A stretch of 64,000 bases of DNA from an uncultured SAR86 cluster bacterium (GCA_902522825.1 CABYXE010000004.1:19364-83363), one strand, 5' to 3'; shown: positions 18,423-30,213, counted from the stretch's first letter. Numbers and translations are program-made. Notes: generated by a model not told the origin, from the sequence alone.

Positions 18423-19089
18423 GCCAAGTATCCACAGCCTTTAAATTTACCTTATCAAAAGTTGAAATCTTTATTGGTGAAATTGTAATATTTCCAGATT
18501 CTAAAGAACTGACATCATCTTCTATTTCATCATCACTTGAAGCTTCTTCATCAACAAAAGTCTTAGTAACTTTCATTTTTGGTTGTTTAAATAAATTATG
18601 ATCTGGAACATTCACATTTAAAATAGATTTTTCAGATAAATTTAAATCGGTAATATTTTCTAAAATATTATTTACTACTTTTGAAGCAAACGAATAATCT
18701 GATATTTCAAAAGAAGAAACTGAAATTGCAATCGATGGATATTTTAAATCTCGGCCTTGAATCGCTGCTCCTACGGTACCGGAGTAAAGCATTAAGTGTC
18801 CTATATTTGGACCTGGATTTATTCCAGACACAACTAAATCAGGGACGAAAGGGCAAAATTCTTCCAAGGCAAGGCGTACACAATCCACTGGAGTACCATC
18901 AATTTTGTAAACATTTTCTTTTATTTTTTGTTCAGTAATAGGCGTTAAGAAAGTCAAAGCGCTGCTAAAACCGCTTCTGTTAGTATCAGGAGCCATCATA
19001 AAAACTTCATGATGTTTAGATAATTCCTCAAACAAAGAATTAATTCCTGGATGATCGTAACCATCATCATTGGTTAATAAAATCTTCAT
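18409..19089 (-). CDS. surE: 5'/3'-nucleotidase SurE
   Basis: MKILLTNDDGYDHPGI and SGINPGPN. Confidence 0.93.
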   Translation of the reverse strand: MKILLTNDDGYDHPGINSLFEELSKHHEVFMMAPDTNRSGFSSALTFLTPITEQKIKENVYKIDGTPVDCVRLALEEFCPFVPDLVVSGINPGPNIGHLMLYSGTVGAAIQGRDLKYPSIAISVSSFEISDYSFASKVVNNILENITDLNLSEKSILNVNVPDHNLFKQPKMKVTKTFVDEEASSDDEIEDDVSSLESGNITISPIKISTFDKVNLKAVDTWLGKF

Positions 19090-19571
19090 TTGGTCTTTTC
19101 TAGTAAGACACTAGCGTATGCTGAAATGCCTTCATTTCTTCCTTCGGGACCCATTCCGTCAGTTGTTGTGGCTTTGCAAGAAACTTTATCGGGATCAATA
19201 TCAATTACCTCAGCCAATTTTAATTCCATTTTATTTTTGTAAGGTTCTAACCTAGGAACGTTTCCAACAAATGTAGAATCAATATTGATGACCTTCATAT
19301 TTAATTCAGCAAGTTTATTCATAATATTTTTCAGAATAACGAGACTAGAAAGATTTTTTGTTGAATTGTCGTCAGGAACAAAAGATCCCAAATCTCCTAG
19401 GTGTGCTGCACCTAACAAAGCATCACAGATTGCATGCGTTACGACATCTCCATCGGAATGAGCAATGATTTTATAATTACAAGAAATTTTTATTCCGCCA
19501 AGAGTCATTGCATCTCCGTTTTCAATTTGGTGGGAGTCAAATCCTATACCAATTCTTAGATTATTAATCAC
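19086..19571 (-). CDS. ispF: 2-C-methyl-D-erythritol 2,4-cyclodiphosphate synthase
   Basis: RIGIGFDSH and HSDGDVVTHAICDALLGA. Confidence 0.95.
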   Translation of the reverse strand: MINNLRIGIGFDSHQIENGDAMTLGGIKISCNYKIIAHSDGDVVTHAICDALLGAAHLGDLGSFVPDDNSTKNLSSLVILKNIMNKLAELNMKVINIDSTFVGNVPRLEPYKNKMELKLAEVIDIDPDKVSCKATTTDGMGPEGRNEGISAYASVLLEKTK

Positions 19572-20281
19572 AGACGGCCCGTAGACTTTAAAAATAACTC
19601 CGCCAATGCAATATCTTCTTTTTTGGTTACTTTTAAATTCATGCGACTTGAGTTTATGGGTTTAATCGAGCTCTTATAAAAACTGTAAACAGCGCTTACT
19701 TCATCGGAAAAGGTTTTTTCATTATTTATCGCTTCGCCCAAAGCCTTGAAAACATCTTCTAGGATAAATACTTGTGGGGTAGCAGAAAGCCAGATTTTAT
19801 TGCGATCTAAAATTTTTGATATTTTCTCTTTGCTACTTTGATTTACGCTTTCATTTGGTTGATAAGCTAGGAAAGCTCCCTGTCCGTCTTCTTTAATTTC
19901 TTCATCTGCATATGCCATTAAAGTCTTTAAATCTTCATTTTGCAGACATGGTCTTGCAGCATCGTGAATTGCAACTAGAGAAGATTTATCTTCTTGATCA
20001 ATTAGAAGTTCTAATCCAGCCAAAACAGAATTCATTCTAGTTGAACCACCAGAACAAGAAATTATTTTTTCATGTTTGGAGATATTCAAAGACGGCCAAA
20101 GGTCTTCTTCTTCATTTGTTACAACGCATATTTTTTTGCAACTCTCATCTTTAATAAATGGATCAATAGCATGTTCTAAAATAGTTTTTTCCCCTATTTT
20201 TAAAAATTGTTTTGCAGTCCCTAATTGAGTTCTTGCGCCTACTCCGGCTGCTGGTATTAATGCCAAATAATCATCAATCAT
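19568..20281 (-). CDS. ispD: 2-C-methyl-D-erythritol 4-phosphate cytidylyltransferase
   Basis: IPAAGVGARTQ...KQFL and VAIHDAARP. Confidence 0.93.
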   Translation of the reverse strand: MIDDYLALIPAAGVGARTQLGTAKQFLKIGEKTILEHAIDPFIKDESCKKICVVTNEEEDLWPSLNISKHEKIISCSGGSTRMNSVLAGLELLIDQEDKSSLVAIHDAARPCLQNEDLKTLMAYADEEIKEDGQGAFLAYQPNESVNQSSKEKISKILDRNKIWLSATPQVFILEDVFKALGEAINNEKTFSDEVSAVYSFYKSSIKPINSSRMNLKVTKKEDIALAELFLKSTGRL

Positions 20282-20573
20282 TTTCTATTTCTATTATTAT
20301 TTCTCCATCTTTGATCAGGCCTAGCTCCTGTCTAGCATACCCTTCCAAAGCGTCTTCATCATGTGTAAGACTATCTAATTCATTTTCCAAGCTTATATTT
20401 CTTTCAATTTGTTTAGTATTTTCATAAAAAGTAGCTTCTTTTTTAGATTCTAATTTTTTGATTTCATTAAAACTATATATTCCAAAAAAGACCTCATAAA
20501 TATAATAGATAAAGGTCATTATTAGTAGAATAATTATTCCAAAAGAAAAATTTCTAAATAAGTTTCGAATCAT
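20274..20573 (-). CDS. ftsB: cell division protein FtsB
   Basis: 99 aa with a TM, a coiled coil and ARQELGLIKDGE. It lies between eno and ispD as in other gammaproteobacteria. Confidence 0.85.
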   Translation of the reverse strand: MIRNLFRNFSFGIIILLIMTFIYYIYEVFFGIYSFNEIKKLESKKEATFYENTKQIERNISLENELDSLTHDEDALEGYARQELGLIKDGEIIIEIEND

Positions 20574-21856
20574 TGTTCTAATTCACTTCTGCCTAAAAAT
20601 TCTAGGTTTTCCCATGCATCTATCATCAAAAGCCTGTTGTACTTAGAAGTTCTATCTGATCTTGAAGGAGCACCTGTTTTAATTTGTCCAGCTCCAGAAC
20701 CAACAGCTAAGTCAGCGATAAAACTATCCTCAGTCTCTCCTGATCTATGCGATATAACGGTTGTATAATTATTTTCTTTAGCTAACTTAATCGTTTCTAT
20801 AGTTTCAGTAAGTGTTCCAATTTGATTTATTTTTATTAAAATTGAATTTGCAACATTTTCCTGAATTCCTCTTTGAAAAATATCCTTATTAGTTACAAAC
20901 AGATCATCTCCTACCAACTGAGTTTGTTTGCCCATTTTATTTGTTAAATCTGCCCATCCTTGCCAATCATTTTCATCTAACCCATCTTCGATTGAGGTTA
21001 TCGGATAGGATGATTTAAGAGATATAAGGTATTGAATTAGTTCCTTATTAGACATTTTATTATTATCAGAAAAAATATAATTGCCATCTTTAAAGATTTC
21101 AGTTGAAGCACAATCTAAAGCAAATGTTACTTCTTTATCAACCTTGTATCCTGAACTGGATATAGCTTCTGAAATAAGACTTAAAGCTTCTTCCGATGAG
21201 TTTATTTCTGGAGCAAAACCGCCTTCATCACCGACAGCTGTCGAAAATCCTTTTTTATTTAAAGTATTCTTTAAAGAATTAAAAACTTCAACTCCGCAGG
21301 TCAGTCCTTCTTTAAAAGATGAAAATCCAACTGGTTGAACCATAAACTCTTGGAAATCCAATCCATTATTGGCATGTGCACCTCCGTTTAAAATATTCAT
21401 CATCGGTAGAGGCATTTTCATCTGAATATTTAAATTAAAGAAATTTTTAAAAAGTGAATTAATATACAAATATAGTTTCTTATTCTCAGCTGAGGCAGCC
21501 GCTTTGCAGACTGCTAAAGACAAAGCTAATGTAACATTTGCACCAAACTTAGCTTTATTTTGTGTGGCATCAAGTTCAATAATTTTTCGGTCAATAGACA
21601 ATTGATCTCTAACATCCATACCAAGAAATTGAGGAAATAAATTTTTATCTGCTTCGTCTATAACTCCCTTAACTCCTTTACCATTAAAACTTTTACCTCC
21701 ATCTCTTTTTTCGACAGCCTCTTTTGACCCAGTAGATGCTCCTGAAGGAACAAAGCCAAACTCTTCAATTTCATTATCTAACTGAACTCTAGCAGCTATC
21801 GTTGGCGTGCCTCTGGAATCTAAAATTTCATAGGCATCAATTTTTTTTATTTTCAT
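20570..21856 (-). CDS. eno: enolase
   Basis: EILDSRGTPT, IKINQIGTLTET and SHRSGETED. Confidence 0.98.
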   Translation of the reverse strand: MKIKKIDAYEILDSRGTPTIAARVQLDNEIEEFGFVPSGASTGSKEAVEKRDGGKSFNGKGVKGVIDEADKNLFPQFLGMDVRDQLSIDRKIIELDATQNKAKFGANVTLALSLAVCKAAASAENKKLYLYINSLFKNFFNLNIQMKMPLPMMNILNGGAHANNGLDFQEFMVQPVGFSSFKEGLTCGVEVFNSLKNTLNKKGFSTAVGDEGGFAPEINSSEEALSLISEAISSSGYKVDKEVTFALDCASTEIFKDGNYIFSDNNKMSNKELIQYLISLKSSYPITSIEDGLDENDWQGWADLTNKMGKQTQLVGDDLFVTNKDIFQRGIQENVANSILIKINQIGTLTETIETIKLAKENNYTTVISHRSGETEDSFIADLAVGSGAGQIKTGAPSRSDRTSKYNRLLMIDAWENLEFLGRSELEQ

Positions 21857-21860
21857 TTTT

Positions 21861-22679
21861 TCAAAAGCTTTTTATTAAATTATCCACTGCTGAGACTTTA
21901 TTTAAAAAGTTTTCAAACTCATCTAATCTAGTCGCTGATGGACCATCGCACAAAGCTTTATCTGGATCTGGATGAACTTCAATAAAAATTCCTGCTAAAC
22001 CAATTGCGACGCCTGACAGAGCTAAGTCAAGAGCTTGTTTGCTTCTTCCGCCTGCTGAATTTCCTTGCGCACCAGGTAATTGCAGAGAATGAGTAACGTC
22101 AAAAATAATTGGATTGTTAAGCTCTTTCATTTTTGACATCCCCAACATGTCTACCACTAAATTGTTGTATCCAAATGAAGATCCCCTTTCACAGATCATA
22201 ATTTTTTCATTGCCAAAGTTTTTACATTTTAAAATTATATTCTCAATTTGTTCTGGGGACAGAAACTGACCTTTCTTTATATTAAGAGGTCTATTTGTTT
22301 CACACGCTGCTTTAATTAAATCTGTTTGTCTGCACAAGAAAGCTGGTATTTGAATTACATCAACAACCTCAGCAACCTCTTCAACTTGATTAATTTCGTG
22401 TATATCGGTGATTAAGTTGAAACCTTCAGATTTTAAATTTCTTAAAATTTCTAATCCTTTTTTTATTCCCGGTCCTCGATAAGATTCGACTGAGGATCTA
22501 TTAGCTTTATCAAAAGAAGCTTTAAAAATTAGGGGGTTTCCTGATTTGATTGTGGTGTCTTTTAAAGTATTTGCTACTTTGAAAGCTTGTTCTTCTGTTT
22601 CCAATACATTTAAACCTGCAATTACGACAAGAGCAGAAGAGTTTGAAACTTCAAAATTTGATAACTCGATTTTATTCAT
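21861..22679 (-). CDS. kdsA: 3-deoxy-8-phosphooctulonate synthase
   Basis: FKASFDKANRSS, QIPAFLCRQTDL and DVTHSLQLPG. I moved the start to MNKIELS; the track's 35-aa extension would overlap pyrG. Confidence 0.93.
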   Translation of the reverse strand: MNKIELSNFEVSNSSALVVIAGLNVLETEEQAFKVANTLKDTTIKSGNPLIFKASFDKANRSSVESYRGPGIKKGLEILRNLKSEGFNLITDIHEINQVEEVAEVVDVIQIPAFLCRQTDLIKAACETNRPLNIKKGQFLSPEQIENIILKCKNFGNEKIMICERGSSFGYNNLVVDMLGMSKMKELNNPIIFDVTHSLQLPGAQGNSAGGRSKQALDLALSGVAIGLAGIFIEVHPDPDKALCDGPSATRLDEFENFLNKVSAVDNLIKSF

Positions 22680-22689
22680 AATTTTAATT

Positions 22690-24315
<1,626 letters not shown>

Positions 24316-24367
24316 TTATCAAGATGGAAGATCATCTTAACAAGAAGATAGCGAAGCTACAACGAGT

Positions 24368-25456
24368 TTAAGCTGTTTCTGAAAAATCTAATGGTTGTTC
24401 TAAAGAAACCCAATCTATATCGCCATCTGTTGGCCAATTTTCGTACTCTAAAACGCCTAATTCATCATAAAGTGGTCTGACATTTTCGGTTAACAGCCCT
24501 ATCCTTGAAAGATTTGGCACAACTCTTGTGAATAAAAGATGTTGAAAGTTGTTAGCAACATCTGCTTTTTGTGCAAAAGCTTGTGCTTCATCTTTATCCC
24601 AACCAAAATTTTCATAAACATCGGCTGACATAAGTCTACCTCTCATTACAAGGCAAGCCTCGTAAGCAAATTGAGCTCTTTCTTCTAGCTCTTCTTGAGA
24701 TAGAGTCTTTAAAAACTCTTCAAGATAATTAACACCAAAAGTCACGTGTCTTGCTTCGTCTCTAATTATTAAATAAAGCATATCTTTAAAAACAGGATCA
24801 TTAGTTCCTTGTCTTGCTACATTGAAGGCGGCTAATGCGAGTCCTTCAATAATTATTTGCATGCCAATAAATTTTAAGTCCCATCTTGGGTCTGTAAGGA
24901 TTTTATCTAAAAGAGATTTTAAGCCGTTACCAATTGGATACATCATTCTTTGTCTAGTTTGAATGTATTTGTTAAACGCCTCTACGTGTCTTGCTTCATC
25001 AAAAGTCTGAGAAGCTGCATACAACTTTGCATTAAAAGTAGGTGCACAGGAAACTAATTGAGAAGCAACTAGTAAGGCTCCTTGTTCTCCATGGAGGAAC
25101 TGACTTAAAGACCATGAACCTCTATGCTGTAAAAATCTGAATTTATCTTCATTAGAAAGATCTTGATATGGCTTGTATTCATCCCAAAATATAGGTGGAG
25201 GAGTCTCTCCTCTGTCTGGCATGGGTTGTGACCAATCCACATCAGTTGCAGCATTCCAGTTTAGCTCTTTACCTAATTCGTAAAGTCTCTTGATGCGATT
25301 ATCTTGAATGGTGTAATCCCAGTTATATGCTCCTGTAAGAGGAGTTTGAAAGATCTCAGCAACGTCTTCAACTTGTTCTTCAGAAAGACCTAATTCGTTT
25401 TCAACCGGAAATTCTCTAATATTTCTCGGTGTTTCTTTTACTTTTTTTATTTTCAT
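24368..25456 (-). CDS. ferritin-like diiron-carboxylate protein (AurF/R2-like oxygenase family), function unknown
   Basis: 362 aa with two copies of E-x29-D-E-A-R-H: HGEQGA...FDEARHVE and IIEGLA...IRDEARHVT. Confidence 0.6.
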   Translation of the reverse strand: MKIKKVKETPRNIREFPVENELGLSEEQVEDVAEIFQTPLTGAYNWDYTIQDNRIKRLYELGKELNWNAATDVDWSQPMPDRGETPPPIFWDEYKPYQDLSNEDKFRFLQHRGSWSLSQFLHGEQGALLVASQLVSCAPTFNAKLYAASQTFDEARHVEAFNKYIQTRQRMMYPIGNGLKSLLDKILTDPRWDLKFIGMQIIIEGLALAAFNVARQGTNDPVFKDMLYLIIRDEARHVTFGVNYLEEFLKTLSQEELEERAQFAYEACLVMRGRLMSADVYENFGWDKDEAQAFAQKADVANNFQHLLFTRVVPNLSRIGLLTENVRPLYDELGVLEYENWPTDGDIDWVSLEQPLDFSETA

Positions 25457-25508
25457 TTATAAATTTTATCTTTAACACTCAAATAAATATATAAATTTAT
25501 TTATTTTT

Positions 25509-26594
25509 TTATAAATATATTCGTTTTACCCTCGAAGACAGCGACGTCAATATCGTATAAGGGATATTTTTAGTTATTTTTGCAACTTTTTCTACTGGGA
25601 GATCTTTACCCCACAAAATAATTTCAGATTCATAGCTGATATCTTTTAAATTTGTAATGTCGACAGCAGTCAAATCCATTGATACTTTTCCAATAACATT
25701 GACTTTTTTGCCATCAATTAAAACATACCCTTTATTTTCTGTTGTTACTGGATATCCATCCGCATAGCCCACTGGCAAAATTCCAATTTTTGAATCTTTT
25801 TTTGCTTTCCATTTTCCATCGTAACCAACTTTGTCTCCTTTATTAACATCTTTGATTGAGATTAATTTAGTTTTAAAAGTTATAACATTTTCTAATCCTA
25901 TTTTTTTACCAATGTCTTTTTGATCAACCCCGTAAAGAGAAATACCTGGCCTTACAATATCTTTATGCGAGCTTTTATAATTTAACAGCCCCCCCGAATT
26001 GCATAAACTTGAAAAAAAATTTTCTCCGTATTTTTTTAATTTTTTTTCAATGCGGTTAAATTTATCTATTTGTTTTTTTGAATTGGTTTTAGAAGACATA
26101 GATCCAGCAGCAGAAGAAAAATGACTCATCAGAACAATTTTTTTTGTTTTTGTTTGAAACATTTTAAAAATATCTAAAACTTCTTCTTCTTTAAAACCTA
26201 ACCTATTCATTCCTGTATCTAATTTAATCCAAACTTTTATTTCTTTAGGAAAAGTTTTTATTTTTTTTACAAAATTTATTTGTCTTTCTGAATGAATAAC
26301 TAAATCGATTTTATTTTTAAGTAGTAAATTAAATTCTTTCTGATCGTATGGTCCTTCCAAGCAAAGAATATTTTTTTTTGAAATTTTTCTCACTTCTAAG
26401 GCCTCTTCTGAAGTCGCTACAGAAAAACCATCAATAAGACTTTCTATTTCTTTCACAACAGGTTTAAAACCTAATCCATAAGCATTAGCCTTCACAACCG
26501 GATAAAAAAGGGAATCCTTAGACAAGGATTTTAGTTTTTTAAGATTTCTCTTTATTGCCGAAAGATTTATTTCTGCAACTGTTGGCCTAGTCAA
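25509..26594 (-). CDS. alr: alanine racemase
   Basis: The PLP-lysine motif PVVKANAYGLG. Adjacent to dnaB as in E. coli. Confidence 0.9.
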   Translation of the reverse strand: MTRPTVAEINLSAIKRNLKKLKSLSKDSLFYPVVKANAYGLGFKPVVKEIESLIDGFSVATSEEALEVRKISKKNILCLEGPYDQKEFNLLLKNKIDLVIHSERQINFVKKIKTFPKEIKVWIKLDTGMNRLGFKEEEVLDIFKMFQTKTKKIVLMSHFSSAAGSMSSKTNSKKQIDKFNRIEKKLKKYGENFFSSLCNSGGLLNYKSSHKDIVRPGISLYGVDQKDIGKKIGLENVITFKTKLISIKDVNKGDKVGYDGKWKAKKDSKIGILPVGYADGYPVTTENKGYVLIDGKKVNVIGKVSMDLTAVDITNLKDISYESEIILWGKDLPVEKVAKITKNIPYTILTSLSSRVKRIYL

Positions 26595-26596
26595 AG

Positions 26597-27976
26597 TTAT
26601 TCGTCCCAGTCGTCGTCAGGTCTGGTTAAAGCCGGATCATCGAGAGCTAAGTCTTCAAATTTTGCACATCTAGCAGAAAAATGCAGCTTTCTCTTTCCTG
26701 TTTCGCCATTTCTATGTTTTGCCACTATTATTTCGGCAAGACCTGCTGTTTCGGGTGTTTTATCATAGACTTCCGGTCTAAAAGGAAAAAGAATAAGGTC
26801 TGCGTCTTGTTCTAAGGCTCCTGAATCTCTCAAGTCTGCCATTACCGGTCTTTTAGTTGTCCTAGACTCTGATGCTCTATTTAATTGAGAAAGAGCTACA
26901 ACAGGTACATCTATTTCTTTTGCAATAGCTTTCACTGAACGAGATATATCTCCCATTTCTGTTACTCTATTATCATTTCCTGTATCAGAGCTCATAAGCT
27001 GAAGATAATCTATTGCAATTAAAGCAAGATCTGGGTGTTCTCTTTTAAGTCTTCTGGATCTAGATAAAATTTCTGAGGGGGTCAGACCGGAAGTATCATC
27101 TACAAATAATCTACTTTTATGCAAAATTGATGCAGCTTCCTCGATTTTTCTATGATCCTCTTCAGTAAGGTCTTTAACTTGTTGTAATTTTTTTAAATCT
27201 ACCTTAGAAATGATTGAAAGAAGTCGATACATAATAGATCGGTTAGACATTTCCATGCTAAAAAATAATACTGGCAATCCATTTTGAATAAAATTCGCTG
27301 CCATACTTAGAGCAAAAGCTGTTTTTCCCATACTTGGCCTTCCAGCCACTAAAATTAAATCCCCTTCTTGAAGTCCCAAAGTAATATTATCTAAGTCTCT
27401 AAATCCAGTACTAAAACCAACCAAGGGGGAGTCAGATTTTGATGTTTTTTCCATATTATCCCAAACTGGCTGAATTAAATCTGACGCCATTTTTGGTCCG
27501 TGTTTTCTATCTAAAGAATCTCTTAACTTGACTAATTTATTTTCAGCAGAACTAAAAGCTGTTTCACTTTCAAGAGAATCAGTTTCACTTGCTAATTTAC
27601 TTATGTCAGAAGCAGTAGAAATTAACTTTCTTAAACTAGAAGTTTGTTTAATTATTTCAGCGTAATTTGAAAAGTTTGCTACACCAGGAGTTTCGACTGC
27701 TAATTTTTTTATGTATTCTTTTTCATCAAATCCTCTAACTGAAGATACTTCAGGGTCTGATGTTAAGGATTCAACTAAGGTAACTGTATCTAGTTGAATT
27801 CCAAGGTCGTGTAATTTCTTTATAGCTTTAAATATTAACCTGTGTTCAGTTAATGCAAAGTCTTCTTCTTCTATTATAACTGCTACTGAATCCCATAATT
27901 CCGGATCTAGAAGGACCCCTCCTAAAACTGCTTTTTCAGCTTCAATAGACGTAGGTTGTTCAAATTCGTTTCTCAT
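26597..27976 (-). CDS. dnaB: replicative DNA helicase DnaB
   Basis: AEKAVLGGVLLDP, Walker A GRPSMGKTAF, and IDYLQLM. Confidence 0.98.
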   Translation of the reverse strand: MRNEFEQPTSIEAEKAVLGGVLLDPELWDSVAVIIEEEDFALTEHRLIFKAIKKLHDLGIQLDTVTLVESLTSDPEVSSVRGFDEKEYIKKLAVETPGVANFSNYAEIIKQTSSLRKLISTASDISKLASETDSLESETAFSSAENKLVKLRDSLDRKHGPKMASDLIQPVWDNMEKTSKSDSPLVGFSTGFRDLDNITLGLQEGDLILVAGRPSMGKTAFALSMAANFIQNGLPVLFFSMEMSNRSIMYRLLSIISKVDLKKLQQVKDLTEEDHRKIEEAASILHKSRLFVDDTSGLTPSEILSRSRRLKREHPDLALIAIDYLQLMSSDTGNDNRVTEMGDISRSVKAIAKEIDVPVVALSQLNRASESRTTKRPVMADLRDSGALEQDADLILFPFRPEVYDKTPETAGLAEIIVAKHRNGETGKRKLHFSARCAKFEDLALDDPALTRPDDDWDE

Positions 27977-28031
27977 AAGACAGCAAAGTATTCTCCCATT
28001 AGAAAGAATTTAAAACAATTAAGATTTTGAA

Positions 28032-28478
28032 TTATTCTGCTTTAATGGAAAGATTAATTGAAGCTATAACTTCTGGGTGAAGTTCGATATCTATGGAGGA
28101 TTCACCGATTTCTTTTATTGCTCCCTCTGGCAATCTAATAGATTGTCTTTCTACTTCAAAATCATTAGCCTCTAATCCATCAGAGATTTCTTTTGTGCCA
28201 ACTGAGCCATACATAACACCTTCTTCTGAAACTGCTACTTTAACTTCGAGATTAAAGTCGTTTAATTTTTCTAGAAGTTCATTAGCTTGAGCAATTTTAA
28301 GTTTCTCTGCTTCTAATAGTTTTGTTTTTTCAGCTTCATAAACTTTTAAATTCTCATCATTAGCAGGAATAGCCTTCCCTTTTGGAAGTAAAAAATTTCT
28401 TCCATAACCAGAATTTACGTCCACTAGATCTCCCGGTGAACCAAGTCCTGTAACGGTTTCTTTAAGAATAATTTTCAT
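28032..28478 (-). CDS. rplI: 50S ribosomal protein L9
   Basis: MKIILKETVTGLGSPGDLVDVNSGYGRNFLLPKGKA. Confidence 0.97.
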   Translation of the reverse strand: MKIILKETVTGLGSPGDLVDVNSGYGRNFLLPKGKAIPANDENLKVYEAEKTKLLEAEKLKIAQANELLEKLNDFNLEVKVAVSEEGVMYGSVGTKEISDGLEANDFEVERQSIRLPEGAIKEIGESSIDIELHPEVIASINLSIKAE

Positions 28479-28481
28479 AAT

Positions 28482-28751
28482 TTAGTTATGACTATCTGTA
28501 TATGGAAGTAAGGCTAAAAGTCTAGCTCTTTTTATGGCAGTTGTTAGTTGTCTTTGATATTTAGCACTAGTTCCTGTCATTCTAGCAGGAGAAATTTTAC
28601 CTGATTCATTAATAAATTTAGAAAGAAGATCAACGTCTTTATAATCGATTTCTTCTACATTAGCCGCAGTAAACTGACAGACTCTTTTTTTATTAAGAAG
28701 ATTGTCTGAATTTTGTTTTCTTGATTTTCTCTTATCAAACTTTCTTTTCAT
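28482..28751 (-). CDS. rpsR: 30S ribosomal protein S18
   Basis: [19 protein letters not shown] and [18 protein letters not shown]. Confidence 0.97.
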   Translation of the reverse strand: MKRKFDKRKSRKQNSDNLLNKKRVCQFTAANVEEIDYKDVDLLSKFINESGKISPARMTGTSAKYQRQLTTAIKRARLLALLPYTDSHN

Positions 28752-29219
28752 CTATTTATCCTCTGTCGAGTCATTGCTCTCATTTTGCTTTTGTTCTTGT
28801 GAATCATCACTTGCTTTGTTTTCTTCTTTTGTTTCTGCTTTAACTTCGGCTTCTTTCTTAACAGATTCTAATGTGGTTTCTTGAGAGCTACTGCTCTGAT
28901 CTTTTGTTTGAGTCATTAATGCTGAAGTTTCAGACTCAGCTTTTCTCTTTTTTACAATAGATGAGCGAAGGATGCTTTCATTGAATTTAAAAAGATTTTC
29001 TATTTCTTTAAGGTTTTCGGGCTGGCACTCAAAATTTAACAAAAAGTAATGTCCTTTTGAACAATCATCTATCTGATAGGATAAATCTCTTAACCCAATA
29101 TCTTCGGATCTGTGCAAAACTCCACTAATAGAACTTATTTGTTCTTTGCATTTATCAAAGAGTTTAGACTCTTTCGCCTGCTGTGGATTGACTATATATA
29201 TTAGCTCGTAATGATTCAT
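28752..29219 (-). CDS. rpsF: 30S ribosomal protein S6 with a long acidic/Ser-rich C-terminal tail
   Basis: MNHYELIYIVNP and the S6 core to about residue 95, then a tail of about 55 aa rich in E, S, K and D. It abuts rpsR, with no priB between them. Confidence 0.93.
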   Translation of the reverse strand: MNHYELIYIVNPQQAKESKLFDKCKEQISSISGVLHRSEDIGLRDLSYQIDDCSKGHYFLLNFECQPENLKEIENLFKFNESILRSSIVKKRKAESETSALMTQTKDQSSSSQETTLESVKKEAEVKAETKEENKASDDSQEQKQNESNDSTEDK

Positions 29220-29301
29220 ATTTATTCCTTTTGGTTAATGCCTCTATGTTCAATACAGTAGAAACAAGGAAACGTTGCGAAGTGTATTTTATAAGTATTA
29301 C

Positions 29302-30213
29302 TTAAGCAATAGCTATTTTTATAATCCTTTCTAAAATTGAAATAAAAGACTCATCATCTAATATTGCTGACTTTGGCACTAAGCTTTTTTCAGTCATTCC
29401 TGGAACAGTATTAACTTCCAGGAAATAAAATTTATTTCCATCATCTATTAAATCTACCCTGCCCCAGCCTGAACATCCAATTGCTTCAAAACATTTGGAT
29501 GCTTCCTTTTTTAAAAAAGCCTTCCTCTTAGCACTTAAATCAGCTTTTTTATAAACAGTGTCTTCTTTATTGTATTTAGCATTAAAGTCATAGTAATCGG
29601 CATTAGGGATTATTTCTAAAGGGTTGTAAGCATGATTTCCTATAATTGAAACTGTTAGCTCTTTGCCCTCAACATAAGATTCAATTAATATCTCACTATC
29701 AAATTTTCTTGCTTTTTTTATTGCCTTGTTTAAGTTGCCTTCATTATTTTCAATTATAGAAATACCATAACTTGAACCTTCACTTGCTGGCTTAACAACT
29801 ACTTTATTAGATAAATTTAAAATGTCTTCAAAATTATTATGATTCCACTCTATAAATTGAGGTGAGCATATATTTAATCTTTGCCATATTTTTTTAGTAG
29901 TAATTTTGTTCATTCCTAATTTAGAGGAAATAGCATCGCTGCCAGTATATGGAACGTTTATTTGATCTAAAAAATTTTGTAGATACCCATCTTCACCGCC
30001 TCTTCCATGAACTAAAATAAATGCTAAATCTATGTCTTTAAAAGTCTTTTCTTTGGTGGCCATCTCTTTGGAAACTAAATCTATAAGTTTTGGCTTGAAA
30101 CCATTTTCTAACAAACAATTAAATACAGCTCTTCCACTTTTTACGGAAATATCTCTTTCTGCAGACCATCCTCCAAATATGATTCCTATTTTTAGGGCTT
30201 TAAGATCTTTCAT
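29302..30213 (-). CDS. ddl: D-alanine--D-alanine ligase
   Basis: ATP-grasp fold with FILVHGRGGEDG, EGSSYGI and FLEVNTVPGMT. Confidence 0.95.
   Translation of the reverse strand: MKDLKALKIGIIFGGWSAERDISVKSGRAVFNCLLENGFKPKLIDLVSKEMATKEKTFKDIDLAFILVHGRGGEDGYLQNFLDQINVPYTGSDAISSKLGMNKITTKKIWQRLNICSPQFIEWNHNNFEDILNLSNKVVVKPASEGSSYGISIIENNEGNLNKAIKKARKFDSEILIESYVEGKELTVSIIGNHAYNPLEIIPNADYYDFNAKYNKEDTVYKKADLSAKRKAFLKKEASKCFEAIGCSGWGRVDLIDDGNKFYFLEVNTVPGMTEKSLVPKSAILDDESFISILERIIKIAIA

Noticed and set aside
24368-25456. Horizontal acquisition of the diiron gene, inferred from its visibly higher G+C content.
   Set aside because: Other highly conserved genes here (ftsZ, mreB, recA, petB) look similarly less AT-skewed. 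Composition alone is not evidence of transfer, and I cannot compute it precisely here.
29220-29301. The 82-nt rpsF leader as a possible S6:S18 autoregulatory RNA motif.
   Set aside because: I could not recognise the conserved structure by eye. It needs a covariance-model search before it can be called.
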